In this document: positions 1 to 33,829 of the stretch, piece after piece | Numbering within the stretch: the first letter of the stretch is position 1 | Layout of the letters: each line of letters begins with the position of its first letter | Assembly (NCBI RefSeq): GCF_009914755.1 | Contig: NC_060946.1 | Strand: one strand, 5' to 3' | From: the human T2T-CHM13v2.0 reference genome, Homo sapiens | DNA length: 64,000 bases | The notes under the pieces: generated by a model | Seen by the model: only the letters and a program-made list of their open reading frames with translations | Database searches by the model: none | What the model was told of the DNA's origin: nothing | Made by a program: the position numbers and the translations under genes

Positions 1-1130
1 CTCAGCAGGTGCTGAGTGCTCAGCAAGTTACAGCTACTGGAGTTAAAATCACTACCACAGTGGAGAAGAGCCCTGGCAAAGGCTGCAGTCTCCATTCTAC
101 CCACTGGGAAATCCGAACGGCTGACCAGCTCCCCTGTCTTTCCCAAACTAGGATCCCAGGAATTAGAAATGGTGGTGCTTAGGTGGGTGCACAGCAGCAT
201 CTAGTGGACTAGAAGGAGAACTGAAGAAGTGTCACAATGACATCGGGAAGAGAAAGTTTTAAGGCTGGGGAAAAGGTTGGCAGAGAAGTCAGGAAGGAGG
301 CCTGCATGTGCCGGGTGTCCCCTGTGGGGAGATCAGATGAGGTACCTTAACAGTTATCTGGACCTCAAGCCCCCATGTGCTAGCTGAGGGCGTCCTTCTC
401 CCTCCCCAGGCCTCCCTGGGTGCTGGGTCTCTGGGTCCTATGGGCTCAGGGGCCCATCTTTTTCAAGTTCTGCTCCACGTGTCTGTGTCCAGCTGAGGGC
501 ACTGACCCCACTGCCCCAGTCCCCAGGGCTTAGATGCCAGGACAGTAGAAAGCTGTGTGCCAGGGCATAACCAAGGTGTCCTCCACTGCTCTGGGCCACA
601 CATTGGCAGCTGGGCCCTGTGTCCCTCTGACACCGGATCCTAGGGTTTCTGGCTCTGCCATCTCTGCTGTGATGCTCCATTCCAACCATGTGGCTCAGCA
701 GGGAGGGCATTACACACTGTCCCTTCCCCCTTTTCCATACTCCTGCCTTCCTGCATGCCCTGCACAGGAACCCTCTTCCCTTCTCCTTTTGCCAAAAGAA
801 TTCAGAAGATACCAACTTTCTCCTCTTTTCCTGTCTGCAGTGGAGGTCCCGGCAGGACCCCCTCCTGAGCTGTGAGGGTTAAATGGGAGAAGGTGTATTG
901 AGCTTGAAGCACTGGCAGGTCCCACAACGAATGCTCAAAAAATGGAAGCCTCTGCCACCATCTGCATCATCCCCATCAACCACAGGAGCAAAGAGCCCGC
1001 CTTTTCTGAGAAGAGCATTTACATATTGATAGAAATTCCGCGGTTTTATTTATCATCACGTCAGTTTTAAGGATGTAAGTAGGTACACATATACATATGT
1101 ATCTAAAATATATTAAGTTTTTAAAAGTAG

Positions 1131-1481
<351 letters not shown>

Positions 1482-1749
1482 TAGATTTTTAAAATAAATA
1501 TACATACTCCACATGCTCAAATATAAGCTGAATCTGTAACCCAGCAGCTTAGCAGCCTAACCTCAAACCGCATTTTAAAACTTTTTTTCCTTTCCCCTTT
1601 CCTCTCTTCTGCTAATCTGAAGATGTAATTTAGACAAAGTATAGACGTGTTTCCTCTCCTCTTGAAATCCAGCCTTGGAATGTGCTGTGAACCTCCACCC
1701 CCTTTCTTTTCCTGTTCTATGCCCCCATGCCTTATGCACATTTATTTAC

Positions 1750-2695
<946 letters not shown>

Positions 2696-2902
2696 CTAGC
2701 ATAGATTATAAAATTCTTTCTTTTTAAATCACATGTCATTATCATTTTGACTTCTTTCTACAAGCAGTGAGCAGCTGGGCCCTTTTGCTAGTTACAACAT
2801 GAGTGACTGGGGCAAATACATCAATCAAGGTTTATCAAGCCAGATTTAGGTTGTTTCTGGGAAAAACACGAGCCAAACATGCAACTGTGGCTATTTTTCT
2901 GA

Positions 2903-3088
<186 letters not shown>

Positions 3089-3248
3089 TGAGTAGCTGGG
3101 ATTACAGGTGCATGCCACCACGCCAGGCTAATTTTTGTATTTTCAGTAGAGACGGGGTTTCATGATATTGGCCAGGCTGATCTCAAACTTCTGACCTCAA
3201 GTGATCCACCCACCTTGGGATTACAGGCGTGAGCCACCATGCCCAGTC

Positions 3249-3823
3249 GGGGATCAGAGTTTTTAAAAATGATTTGGTGGGTATGGGCTCAGGAAGTAGG
3301 GAGTGCTTATTGGTCGGGTTGGAGATGGAATCATGGGGGTGGAAGTGAGTTCTTGCTGATTTCTCTTCCTGGATGGGATCGCAGGACTGGTTGAGCCAGA
3401 TTATCAGTCTGGGTGGTGTCATCTGCTGCATCGGAATTCAGGGTATGCAAAATATCTCAAGCACTGATCTTAAGTTTTGCAACGGAGATTTTATTCCCAG
3501 AAGCAACTTGGGGAGGTTCAGACTCTTGCGGCCAGAAGCTGCATGGCCCCTAAGCCGTAATCTCTCATCTTGTAGCTAATTTGTTAGTCCTACAAAGGCA
3601 GGACAGTTCCCCAGGCAAGAAGCGTCTTTTTTTCAGGAAAGGACTATTATCAGTTTTGTTTCAGAATTTAAACTATAAACAATTCTTCCCCAAGACTAGT
3701 TTGGCCTATGCCCAGGAATGAACAAAGACAGCTTAGGCGTTAGAAGCAAGGTGTGGTCGGTTAGGTCTGATCTGTTTCACTGTCATAATTTTCTCAGTTA
3801 TGAGTTTTGCAAAGGCCCTTTCA
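3249..3823 (-). mobile_element. LTR8/LTR8A-like LTR, U3 portion only
   Basis: Reverse complement begins TGAAAGGGCCTTTGCAAAACTCATAACTGAGAAAATTATGACAGTGAAACAGATCAGACCTAACCGAC, matching the LTR8A start as I recall it. It runs through the CCAAT box (3309-3313) and TATA-like TTAAAAACTCTG, then stops at an Alu. Confidence 0.8.
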
Positions 3824-3849
3824 ATGGGGTGACTATAGTAAGTTAATTT

Positions 3850-12325
<8,476 letters not shown>

Positions 12326-12404
12326 TGAACTCCTAACCTCAGGTGATCCACCCATCTCAGCCTCCCAAAGTGCTAGTATTACAGGCATGAGCCACCGCAC
12401 CTGG

Positions 12405-12439
<35 letters not shown>

Positions 12440-12444
12440 CCTGA

Positions 12445-12627
<183 letters not shown>

Positions 12628-13753
12628 TAGCCAGGATGGTCTTAATCTCCTGACCTTGCGATCTGCTGGCCTTGGCCTCCCAAAGTGCTGGATTACAGGC
12701 GTGAGCCACCGCGCCTGGCCCAGCTAATTTTTTTGTATTTTTAGTAGAGACAGGGTTTCTCCATGTTGGTCAGGGTGGTCTCGAACTCCCAACCTCAGGT
12801 GATCCGCCCGCCTTGGCCTCCCAAAGTGCTGGGATTACAGGAGTGATCTACCATGCCCAGCCAATTTTTGTATAGTAGAGACAGAGTTTCACCATGTTGG
12901 CCAGGCCGGTCTCGATCTCTTGACCTTGTGATCTGCCCGCCTCAGCCTCCCAAAGTGCTGGATTACAGGATTGAGCCACCTCACCCAGCCTAGGGACCCT
13001 ACTTTCAGCCAAAGCCCCAGGAGCTTTGACAGCATCCCCTTATTGCAAGTGGGAGGCCCAACACCACTAAAAGCAAAGCAACGCTTAGATGCATGCACAT
13101 TCTTCCCTTTACTTCTAGCAACCCTGCCTCTAGTGTGGACAGAGCAAGGAGCAGCTTTGCCTTCAGGCCTCCCTCATTGCCTGCCCAGGGCTTTGTTGGG
13201 CACAGAAGTGTTGGGCCACCAACCAGCTCATTCTTCTCTTGTTCAGGATGCACAATCATGGGGTCTAGGAAGCAAAAGTTGACCAGAAAGAACAGCTTGC
13301 TTGGGGTGTAGCCAGTGTTAGTTCCCCTCATCCTGGACCTTGTTTCTGCTCTGTCTGGGTTTCTAACACAAATTCATCTCTGATCTCTGCATTCCTCTAG
13401 TAAACCAGAGAGCCAAGACCTCTAAGGAGCTCTGAGGGGAAGGAAGCAGAATGAGACCAGAAAAAGTCTCCCTTTTGTAGTGAGAGTTCCACTGTGGAGC
13501 CAGGAGACCGATGTGTTTGTATTGTCAACCTGGTCTGTCCTGCTCCTGCTCCTGCTCCTATATCCTGGGGGATCCCAGTGAGAGCATCCCTTCCTGGTTT
13601 TCACTGGAAGTTGACCTGGCTGGAGAGTAGAGGGCATAGTATTCTCTTCCTTACATCATTGAAAGGGGCCATGAGTCTCCCTAAACTTCTACCTTGCTTG
13701 TCCTAGCTGTAAGAAGAGGTTCCTCACTTTGGGAGGCTGAGGCGGGTGGATCA

Positions 13754-14135
<382 letters not shown>

Positions 14136-14329
14136 CTATGGACCCTGCCCCACCAAGTATGTCAACTCTCTCCAGAGATACCCATTCCATTCCCACTACC
14201 TTCCCTGCAACCTGCAAACTTTTTCTCCTACAACCCTTTCTTCTTCAATGTATTTTCTAAATAAAGCCTTGTGATTGTTTATTTATATAATTGCAATGCA
14301 TCTTTGCTCTGTAAATCAAGTATGGAGAA

Positions 14330-16590
<2,261 letters not shown>

Positions 16591-16615
16591 TCAACAACTA
16601 TTCACATATATATTC

Positions 16616-17253
16616 TGTTAGGATAACTTTTCACCCCACAAGATGTATTGGGTTGTGTGGATTGTCAAAAGCTCAACTTCTTGCTATTTACAGAATTTGG
16701 AAGTTCCCAAGACCACCCTCAGGTTTCACATTTCAGTGTAAGGACCCACTAAACTCACTGAAAGCTGTTATATACCCAATTACCTTTACAGCAGTGAAAG
16801 GATACAAATGACAACCAACCCCCACAGGAGGTGCATGGGGCAGAATTCAGGATGGTTCCAAGGATGGAGCTTCCAGTTGTCCACTCCCTGGAGTCGTAGA
16901 CAGAGCCGATCTTCCCAGCAATAGTGTGTGACAGTACACACAGAGTATTGCCAATCAGAGAAGCTCACCTGAGCTGTGGTGTCGAGACTTTATCTAATGC
17001 TCATTCACATAGATGTCGTTGACCATCTACATGGCTGACCTTGGTGCCTGGAGAGGGTGAATGATACCATGTGGCTCAAAGCCCCTACCATACATCCACT
17101 GTTAGCATGAACTCTCTGCTGTGACCCAAGGCCCCCAGGTAAACAAAGACACTCTTATCAGGCAGAACATTCTAAGAGCTTAGAGATCACACCCCATGAG
17201 CCAAGGGCAAAGGTCAGACTTCCCTTTGAGTAAGGTTGATCCTTTATCGCACA
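16616..17253 (-). mobile_element. MER21-family LTR
   Basis: Motifs cccaagaccaccctcaggttt, gtattgccaatcagagaagctcacctgagc and ggtaaacaaagacactcttatcaggcag are typical of the MER21/MER77 group. Confidence 0.7.
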
Positions 17254-17604
17254 CTATTGAAATAAAAATTCTGTAGGTATAGACAAAAATGATATGGAAG
17301 ATACAAAAATGATATACAAGGAGAATTAGGCTCCGCAGAAGACAACAACCCCAGCAGTTCCTTGTCTGATAATGTCTGGCTGATCAGGGGGCAACTGGGA
17401 GGAAGATTCACAAAACAGGCCAGCACTTCTGACACCTGCTGAGACTCTGCCCTATAGTTTTTCTTACTATTTATTATTTCATATTTTGTGAAAAGGTAAC
17501 ACGTTTTTAATAATAAAAACAAAAGGCCAGGTGTGGTGGCTCACGTCTGTAATCCCAGCACTTTGGGAGGCTGAGGCAGATGGATCACGAGGTCAGGAGT
17601 TTCA

Positions 17605-18250
<646 letters not shown>

Positions 18251-18521
18251 TAGATACTCATTAAGTGACTCAGAGCAGGTGTCTTTTCTATTCCAAGAGC
18301 TTTCACTAAGATCTGCTTCAGCAGCTTGTTCAAATTGTTTTATCATGGCCAGGTGCAGTGGCTCACGCCTGTAATCCCAGCACTTTGAGAGGCCGAGGCG
18401 GGCGGATCACAAGGTCAGGAGATCGAGACCATCCTGGCTAACACGGTGAAACCTCGTCTCTACTAAAAATACAAAAAATTAGCCGGGCGTGGTGGTGGGC
18501 ACCTGTAGTCCCAGCTACTCA

Positions 18522-18623
<102 letters not shown>

Positions 18624-18626
18624 TTA

Positions 18627-18821
<195 letters not shown>

Positions 18822-20260
18822 TCAGTAAATTAACAATCCTATGTACTTATATGGGATTTACACCATGAGTCTCCGTAAACACGATATCATTTCATTCTTA
18901 TCCTCATGACTGCACTGGAAGATAGATAGGCAGGCAGAATTAGCACCCATCCCATTTTACAGATGGGAAAACTGAGGCTTAGAGGACAAAGAATGCTATT
19001 CAGAGTACAATGGCTATGCAACAGGAACCAAGATAACTTTAGCAGGGACATCCTGGAGCTTTCACGGATCATCTGGAAGGAACACTTTCCTCTTCTACTT
19101 TCTCTTGGACTCACCCACAGGCACATGCCCTGAGGTCTATACTCTTCATTCTGATCGCCTTCTCCCATCTCTTCAATAATAATGTTCACATTGAATAACT
19201 TCAGCCCTCTAGCTGCAATGATTGTAGCAGAGAGGGCCACCTGACCCGGGATAAAAGCTACCCACTGGCTGGGCTAATCCAATCAGATTTTGAATTTTGG
19301 AGATAAGGAACACTGGGCATTCACTTTATTATGTAAAATGCCTTTTATTTTACCTTTAATTTTATAATTTAAGATGCTAAATCAATAAATTAAATTATCA
19401 AATGTAATCTAATACATTAATTTAAAATAAAATTTAAAATTTTGTGAATTTGTTTTAATAAAATGTTTTTAAATTTTTATTATGTTGTTTTATTCCCATA
19501 GCAAACTTAGATTTAATGGGTGCCCTTGTTTTACTGATAAGAAAATTGCAGTTCTATAAAGTTAAGGGTCATGGTCAAGGTTGCACAGCTAGTAAGTACA
19601 AAAGATGAAACTGAATCTCTTGTATGTCTGACCAGAGGCACCAGTATTTGATTCTGCCTCCCTTAGTGGGACCAGCTCTCCCTCACCCACCTCAATATTC
19701 TGCACTCCAATAATTAATTCTTTACTAAACAATGTGCAATTCCCCAAATGTATTGCACTGGTTGTCACCTCCGAGCCCTTCATGCCATCCTGGATCTGCC
19801 ACTTACTACCAGTCTTTGTGCAAGTTACTAGTCTCATTGACTCCAACTGCTCTGTGTGCAGCATGGAAAACATCCGTTGTAACTGGTTGTGACATTTACC
19901 TCACAAGGTCAATGTGAGGGTCAAGTGATGGCTGTGAAAACACTTTATACACTTTAAAGTTCTGTGCCAACATCAAGTAACACAGTACAAAACAATGACT
20001 GCCTGGGGGTGCCAACACAGGAAGAGACCCTAAGAGACAGAAACAGTTGCTCTATTGAACTGCTAGATGCAGAATTGTTTTACATTCTACTGATAGAAAT
20101 GAGCTTTATACAAAATACAAATTTAAAACCTAGAATAAAATGGCTGGGCGCGGTGGCTCACGCCTGTAATCCCAGCACTTTGGGAGGCCAAGCCGGGCGG
20201 ATCACAAGGTCAAGAGATCAAGACCATCCTGGCTAACATGGTGAAACCCTGTCTCTACTA

Positions 20261-20563
<303 letters not shown>

Positions 20564-20699
20564 TCAGAACAGGGGGAAGAGTGGCGATCCACTTTACAAG
20601 GCTGTGGCAGTCGCCCAGCTAAGAGGCAGTGATATGGGCTGGCAAATGGGAGTGGGAATAGAGGAAAGTAGACAGATTCAAGGCCCAAAGCCTGGCTGA

Positions 20700-23765
<3,066 letters not shown>

Positions 23766-23862
23766 AAAGGGTTGCTGATGGATAGATTTGGGCTAAGAGT
23801 GTAGGAAGGAAATCAAGACTCTTCTGGTTACCTTTACGGAGTTAAGGGCTGAAGGGGCCTTA

Positions 23863-24246
<384 letters not shown>

Positions 24247-26373
24247 CTAGGCATGCTCATCCCCACCTTGGGGACTTTGTACCTGTTCTCCCTTGCATGC
24301 ACCTAAAATGATCTTCCTCCAACTCTCAGCCTCGCTGCTGCCCTCTCCATTCATAACTCAGTCATGCTCTCACCTCCCCAAATAGTACCACAAGCCTGAC
24401 TGGCTTCTTCCCATCTGTCACGTCTCAGGCCACGTCACCCCGTGGACACTCACTATCACACCACCCAGCTCACATGCTTTATTGATCACATTGACCACAA
24501 TCTGGTATTTTGCTGATGTGATCACTTTATTATTGCCTCTCTCTTCCCCCTGGCTCAAATGTGAGCTCCATGCAGGAAACAACATCATGTGACTTATTCA
24601 TACTCTGTCCCTCATGCTGGGCACATTGTGGGCTCTCAAACAAAACACTGAAAAAATGAATGAATGAATGAATGAATGAAACTCATCTGGGAGAAAGTAG
24701 AAAAAAAAATCCAGCCTTAAGTGAAAATCAAGAAGAGAAAAGTTGAGATTGTCTATTTATGGGGAGAAGCAGGGTTCCTTTACATCCTCGATTTTAGACT
24801 TGGAAATCTGTTACAGTGAAATCACTTCATTCATCAACCTGCTGCTCACCAGGGCTGCTCATCAAAAGGAGCCACCAGGCTTTCTCTAAAAATTCCCCTG
24901 GAGCCTCCCGCCTTCATTCCCTGGGTCCAGGGTTCCCATACTCTGTGAAATCACATTCACATCATTCACCTACCAGTGAGTTCTTTCCTTCACATGCTCA
25001 CACAGCATCATCATCCCATCCTGTAAAATGCTCCTTGCTCCATACCTAGGAGGCCCTGAAAAAGAAATTCATAAACCTACTGTGGTGTCACTCACCACTC
25101 ACCATCTACAATGTTGACTTTTTTCTGTGCTGGCTCCCACCAGGGACCCAAGCGAAGTCTGATGCTCATACATCACCAGCAAGAGCCCCATGAGAGCCAG
25201 TGCTAATGGACGAAGTTCTGGCCTGGAATACTCCCTAAACTTCCATTTCTGTGCTTTATATAGAGGTGGCCCACCCCACCTGCTCAACCACGACTGGTTA
25301 AATCTAATCAGGGTCATCTTGTTTCTTTAGCAGATGCTCAATTATCCAGCATCCCTTGCAATAAAAGTGATCAAGGCCGGTTGGGCGGGGTGGCTCATGC
25401 CTGTAATCCCAGCACTTTGGGAGGCCGAGGTGGGCGGATCACAAGGTCAGGAGATCGAGACCATCCTGGCTAACACGGTGAAACCTCGTCTCTACTAAAA
25501 ATACAAAAAATTAGCCGGGCGTGGTGGTGGGCACCTGTAGTCCCAGCTACTCAGGAGGCTGAGGCAGGAGAATGGCGTGAACCCGAGAGATGGAGCTTTC
25601 CGTGAGCTGAGATCGCACTACTGCACTCCAGCCTGGGTGACAAAGCGAGACTCTGTCTCAAAAAAAAAAAAAAAAAAAAAAAAAGAAAAAGAAACAGATG
25701 CAAGTAATACCATCCTTTTCTTTCTGCACTGATATTGGGTATGAGATCTGAACTTGCGGTAGCCATTTTGAGGCCATGAGGTATGAAGCCACAAACCAAG
25801 AATGATGGAGTTAAAATACAAAGAGCCTGGGTCAGTGATGCTCTCAATCAGCCAGCGAATCAATTCACGGGGTGACTTATTCATTAGACACAGTATGCCT
25901 GGGGCCCACAATAATTTCAAGGGCCCATGAAAATGTTTTAGTATCTTTGGAAATCAGAAGGATAAACAGCCTGAGGGCACAGCCAATACAGGGAGGTGGG
26001 TACACCTGCCCTCCTTCAGGCCCTCACCATCAACACCCCTCCATTCTTTCCCAGCCATGTCCATGGATGTTAGTAGATAGCGGCGTGCAATTTCAAAACG
26101 AGGCATCTCTATTCACATTTGCAGTGATGTCTGAGCCCCAAACGAACAAATAACATACTTCACTGCATCACCATTTACTCTACCTGTTACAGTTTTAAAC
26201 AGTTTCAACTTTTGAAATTATATCCTATGGAAGTAATTAAGGGTTCTCTTCAATTACAAAAGTGTTCATGATAGCAAAAGTGTATTCAATCAAAATGCTC
26301 AATAATGGAAGACAATATAATTTATGAAGCATCCATACTTATGACATCCTTTTTCAGATATGAAAATGAATGA

Positions 26374-26574
<201 letters not shown>

Positions 26575-27045
26575 TAATTTTTGTATTTTCAGTAGAGACG
26601 AGGTTTCACCATGTTGGCCAGGTTGGTCTCAAATTCCTGACCTCAGGTGATCCACCTGCCTCAGCCTCCCAAAGTGTTGGGATTACAGGCGTAAGCCACC
26701 GCCCCCGGCCGACCGGCTGACATAAATGCTCTTTTTTTTTTTTTTTTTTTGAGACGGAGTCTCGCTCTGTGCACCTCCCGGGTTCACGCCATTCTCCTGC
26801 CTCAGCCTCCCGAGTAGCTGGGACTACAGGCGCCCGCCACCACGCCAGGCTAATTTTTTTGTATTTTTAGCACTGTGTTAGCCAGGATGGTCTTGATCTC
26901 CTGACCTTGTGATCTGCCCGCCTCGACCTCCCAAAGTGCTGGAATTACAGGTGTGAGCCACCGCGCCCGGCCAAATGTTCATTTTTAAGTGAAAAAATAG
27001 GTCAATATTTTTCTTTCTTTTTTTTTCTTTTTTTTTGTGAGATGA

Positions 27046-27180
<135 letters not shown>

Positions 27181-27715
27181 TAGCTAATTTTTTATATTTT
27201 TAGTAGAGACAAGGTTTCACCATGTTGGCCAGGCTGGTCTCGATCTCGACCTCGTGATCTGACCACCTTGGCCTCCCAAAGTGCTGGGATTACAGGAGTG
27301 AGCCACCACACCTGGCCTATTTTTCTTATTCACGTTCATGAACATAGATGAGTACATAACACTGAATAATTTTATCAGTAAGGTGATTTCAACTGCAAGT
27401 AAGAGGAAACCCTAACTCAATGACTTCACAATGAGGAAATGTATTTTCCAAAATAACAAGAAATTCCGAATCGTTGGGGGTGCTCTGGCCCCACTTCTCT
27501 TGGCTCTGCCCACCTCCCTGTATTGGCTGTGCCCTCAGGCTATCAGGCAATGGCAGCACATAAAGTGCTAGTGCCCAGATGTGGAGCTTTCAAGAGTGGA
27601 GAAATCATTCCCAGAAGGCACCTAGCTGACTTCTCCTGTGTCTCATTGGCCAGAACTGTGTCACTTGCTCACATCTAAACCGACCACTGACAAAGGAAAC
27701 AGGAGCATCATGATT

Positions 27716-29097
<1,382 letters not shown>

Positions 29098-29254
29098 CAG
29101 GAGCACCATGATTGACTTAGTCCAGTCAGGACCTACCTAGATGGGAAGAAGAACAGGGTCTTCCAAGGCAGTGGCCAATGTGTAGAGTTGGATACCTGGG
29201 CAAATTCAGTTTCATTAAAAAGAGGGGGAGGCAAACGAATATTGAGGTGACAAC

Positions 29255-29783
29255 TGTATTAGTCAGTGTTCTCCAGAGAAACAGAACCAACAAGATGTAC
29301 ATATATACACACATATAAATATATGCACACTTATATATGTATGCATCTATACATATATAAGGAGATTTATTACAAGAACTTGGCTTATACAATTATGCAA
29401 GCTGAGAAGTCCCAGGATTTGCAGTCAGCAAACTGGAGGCCCAGGAGGGCTGATAGTGCAGTTTTAGTCTGAGTCCGAAGGCCCGAGGCCCAGGAAGAGC
29501 AGAGGTTTCAATTTGAGTCAGAAGGTGGGAAAAGATGTCGCAGCTCAAACAGTCAGGCAGGAGGAGTTTCCTCTTGTTCTGCCTTTTTTTGTTCCATTCA
29601 GATCTTCAATTGATTGAATGAGGCTTACCTACATCAGAGACAGCAATCTGCTTTACTCAGTCGATGGATTCAAACATTAATCTTATCTACAAACACCCTC
29701 ACAGTCACGCCCAGAATAACCTTTGAGCAAATGTTTGAGCACCCCTGGTCCAAGCAAGTTGACAGATAAAATTCACCATCGCA
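29255..29783 (-). mobile_element. MLT2 (ERVL) solo LTR
   Basis: tgtattagtcagtgttctccagagaaacagaacc...aagttgacagataaaattcaccatcgca, internal TA-rich microsatellite, near-perfect 5-bp TSD acaac/gcaac. Confidence 0.85.
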
Positions 29784-29850
29784 GCAACAAGGAGTATCTG
29801 CTGCATAGGGCATGCAACACAACATTAATCAAGATTTCTCTGTATAGTAA

Positions 29851-30211
<361 letters not shown>

Positions 30212-32598
30212 TGAACCACCACGCCTGTGTTGGCCAGGCTGGTCTCGAACTCCTGACCTCAGGCGATCCACCCGCCTCGGCCTCCCAAAGTGCTGGGATT
30301 ACAGGTGTGAGCCACCGCGTCCGGCCTAGCCTGGACTTTCTTAGCATTTTTCATTTACGCTGATCACAGAGCTGACCTTTCCCAGCTGAGGGCGCTGAAG
30401 AAACATTGCTGGAGAAAGAGGCTTCTCTTAACTGGTTCCAGCTGCTGCACCACTGGTCAGCGCTAAGGGTGTGAGGTGTCATAGGCCAGGTAATGGGATT
30501 CTCAGACACTGGGGGAGGCTTTGGGACCCAGGTAAATTTTCCTATTCTGGCCACAGGGAGAGTGCAACTCTTCCCAAGCTGATCTTAGGTGATGGTGCCC
30601 CTAGTGGTGAGTGTTCCAACTGCAGCAGGGTGCAATCCCTGGTCCCATGGAATTCAGGGTTCCAATGTCACCTGCTCAGTGGGGCCTCCCTCAACCACTC
30701 TGTTTCATAATAAAATCCCCACCTGTCTGGGCCCTCCCTGTCTCCCCTGCCTACTTTGTTTTCCTCCAGAACTTTCCAACATACTCTATTATTTGCTTAT
30801 TTTATTGTCTGCTTCCTAAGCTCCACGAGGGCAGAGCTTTTTGCCTGTCTCGTTCACTTAGAAGTATCTAGCACAGTCACCTGGCACACAGTAGGTGTTC
30901 ATAAATATCTGTTGACCTGAGTTGCATGCAGGTCAACCATGCCCTCCTGCCAGTTGCAACTGCACCAAACACCATGGAGTCCTTTATCTTGGAGGAAAAG
31001 CTCCAGGTTTTCAAGGACCAGCACAGGTCAACTTCCCAGACTTTGTGCTTGGCAGGAAAAGGAAAAATGTGGGTTTTGAAAAATGATTCCCTAGAGTGAG
31101 GCTTAGGCACCCTACCACCTTCCTAAAGTACCCCAGTTAACTTAGGGGTGAAGCCAAGGAGAGGAACTAATGGATCAATCACTTTGGTCCTCAGGTCAGA
31201 ATCCTGGCGGCCACACACTTGTTAAACAAACAGGGATGAAACCCCCTCCAGGCTTGGCTTTGTCAATGACATAAGGCTCATAGGGTTAGCGTGGGGTGGA
31301 AGGAGGGTCAATAAGATCATGTGAGCAAAACCCAAAGCCCTTAGCGCAGTGCCTGCCACATAGTAGGTGCGCAATATATGATTATTTTTGCTGCCAAGCA
31401 ACCATTTCCCATTCTCCTGGGGGACTTGCTGGAGATTGTGGAGCAGGGGTTTGTGATTGAGACACCTCTCCCCAAGCCAATGGGCAGGCTTGTGTCCCAG
31501 GTCAGGACAATCAGGCACTCCCTCCATAGGATGAAAACCTTAAACGAATGGCATTCTCTTTACCAGAGCAGCAGTGCCCTAACCACACTGTCCTTGCCAG
31601 GCAAATATTCCCAAGATTCCCCTTTCTGGCCTTCCAGAGCCACCTTGATTTCATCCCATTTCCCAGTTCTCCAGGCTCCCATGGGCTCTGGGATCACATA
31701 TTATCTTCCCAGTTTATTTCCTTTTGCCTGAGGAAGCCAAAGTCAGCTTCTGTGGCTTACGGCCAGAGACCCCTGACACTGACCAATGGAAAAAAGGGGG
31801 CTCTGGATCCACTGCTGCACGGAGAGGCACTCTAAGCTGCCCTCTAGTCCTTCTGAAGGAAGGCCTGAATACTGGGGGACCCTAAAAGGCATTGCAAATC
31901 CTTAACATCACCATCAAAGTCATACAGGGTTTTGGCCCTGCACCTCTCTGGCCAACATCCCACCACCGTCCCCATTGTTCACACCACTCCAGCCCCACAG
32001 GCATCTGTGCTATTTGTCACTGTTTGACTGGACACACTCCCTCCTCAGGGACTTTGCATTTGCTGTTCCCTTGACTCAACTGCTCTTCCTCCAGAAATCC
32101 CCATGGCCTACTCCTTTTCCTCTTTGCTTAAATGTCACCTGCTCAGTGGGGCCTCCCTCAACCACCCTACTTCAGAATACGATCCCCAGGGGTCTGGGCC
32201 CTCCCTGTCCCCCTTGCCTACTTAATTTTTCTCCAGAACTTTCCAGCATGGTCTGTCCTTTTCTTACATATTTTGTTGTCCGCCTCCTAAACTCCATGAG
32301 GGCAGAGTTCATTGTCTGTCTTGCTCACTTAGAAATCTCTAGCACAGTCACTTGGCACAGAGTAGGTGCTCAATAAATATTGACCTGAGTTGCATTCTGG
32401 GTGGATACAGTTAGGGACTTGGGGTGACCAGGGGCTCTTGATGGAACAAGGCTTTTCCCACAGAGCCCACTGCTTGCTCAGCCCCAGAGATCCTGGCTGA
32501 CAAGTGCCTCCTTTTGGGGCCAGACTCCTGGGAAAACCCCACTCCTCCAGTGACCTGCATGTCGGGGAGGGAGCCACTTAAGTCCCGGCCTCTCCTGA

Positions 32599-33119
<521 letters not shown>

Positions 33120-33714
33120 TAATAATAATTAATAATAATAACAGTAACAGTGGCAAGCATTTATGCTTGCTGGCCTTTCCCCCTGGGTCTGTATTAAGGG
33201 CTTCACATCCAATATCTCACTTAAGGCTCAGATCGTTCTGAGACCCATTATGCCCATTTTATACCACATTATACCCATTTTAAAGATGAGAAAACTGAGG
33301 CTTGGAGAATATCGGTAGTAGCCCCACCATTTCCTGTGACTTCCTGGAGCCTGGCCCACAGAGGAGGGTTCAGGACGGACGCTTTCCTTCCCCGCCCTAG
33401 GGAAGAGGGAGGGACGCGGGCGCTGGCGTGGAGGTTGGGGGAGCCTGAGAGGCTCGGGCGCTGGGTGCGCGGGAGGGAGCGTGCGTGCTTGGCGCGAAGG
33501 CTCCTGGCGCAGGCGACCCGGCTGCCCCGCCGAGCGGTGGCTTTCCGGAGGGGTGGGGCGGCCGCCTCGGGTCCTGACGTCGGGCGCCCTCCGGCCGTCA
33601 CTCAGCGCTCGGCCCCGCCCCGCCGCGGCTGCAGCAGCAGCGCCGCGGCCGGAGGAGCTACCGCCGCCACCGCCGCCACCGCCTCCTGGGACTCGGAACG
33701 CAGCGCTCGGAGCC

Positions 33715-33733
33715 ATGGCCTCGGCCCCCGCGG
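33715..33733 (+). CDS. SGSM1: SGSM1 exon 1 coding part (MASAPA + first nt of E codon)
   Basis: ATG in strong Kozak context (gccATGG) inside a CpG island, followed by donor G|GTAAG at 33734. Spliced to exon 2 it gives MASAPAEAETRQRLLRTVKKE, which I recognise as the N-terminus of SGSM1 (RUN/TBC-domain protein). Confidence 0.93.
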
Positions 33734-33829
33734 GTAAGAGGCCGCTGGACACGAGGGCGGCGGGAGGGCAGCGCCCGGCCCCCGCACCCTCTCTCGGCTG
33801 ACCCGCGGCTCTCGTTTCTTGTCCCACAG

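Noticed and set aside
19320-19500. AT-rich tract as a 22q11-type palindromic AT-rich repeat (also 24178-24222)
   Set aside because: Short, with no long perfect palindrome visible.
33481-33714. In-frame open upstream extension of SGSM1 from GTG/CTG codons
   Set aside because: Expected in GC-rich DNA, the near-cognate contexts are weak, it probably lies partly upstream of the TSS, and the ATG at 33715 has a strong Kozak context.
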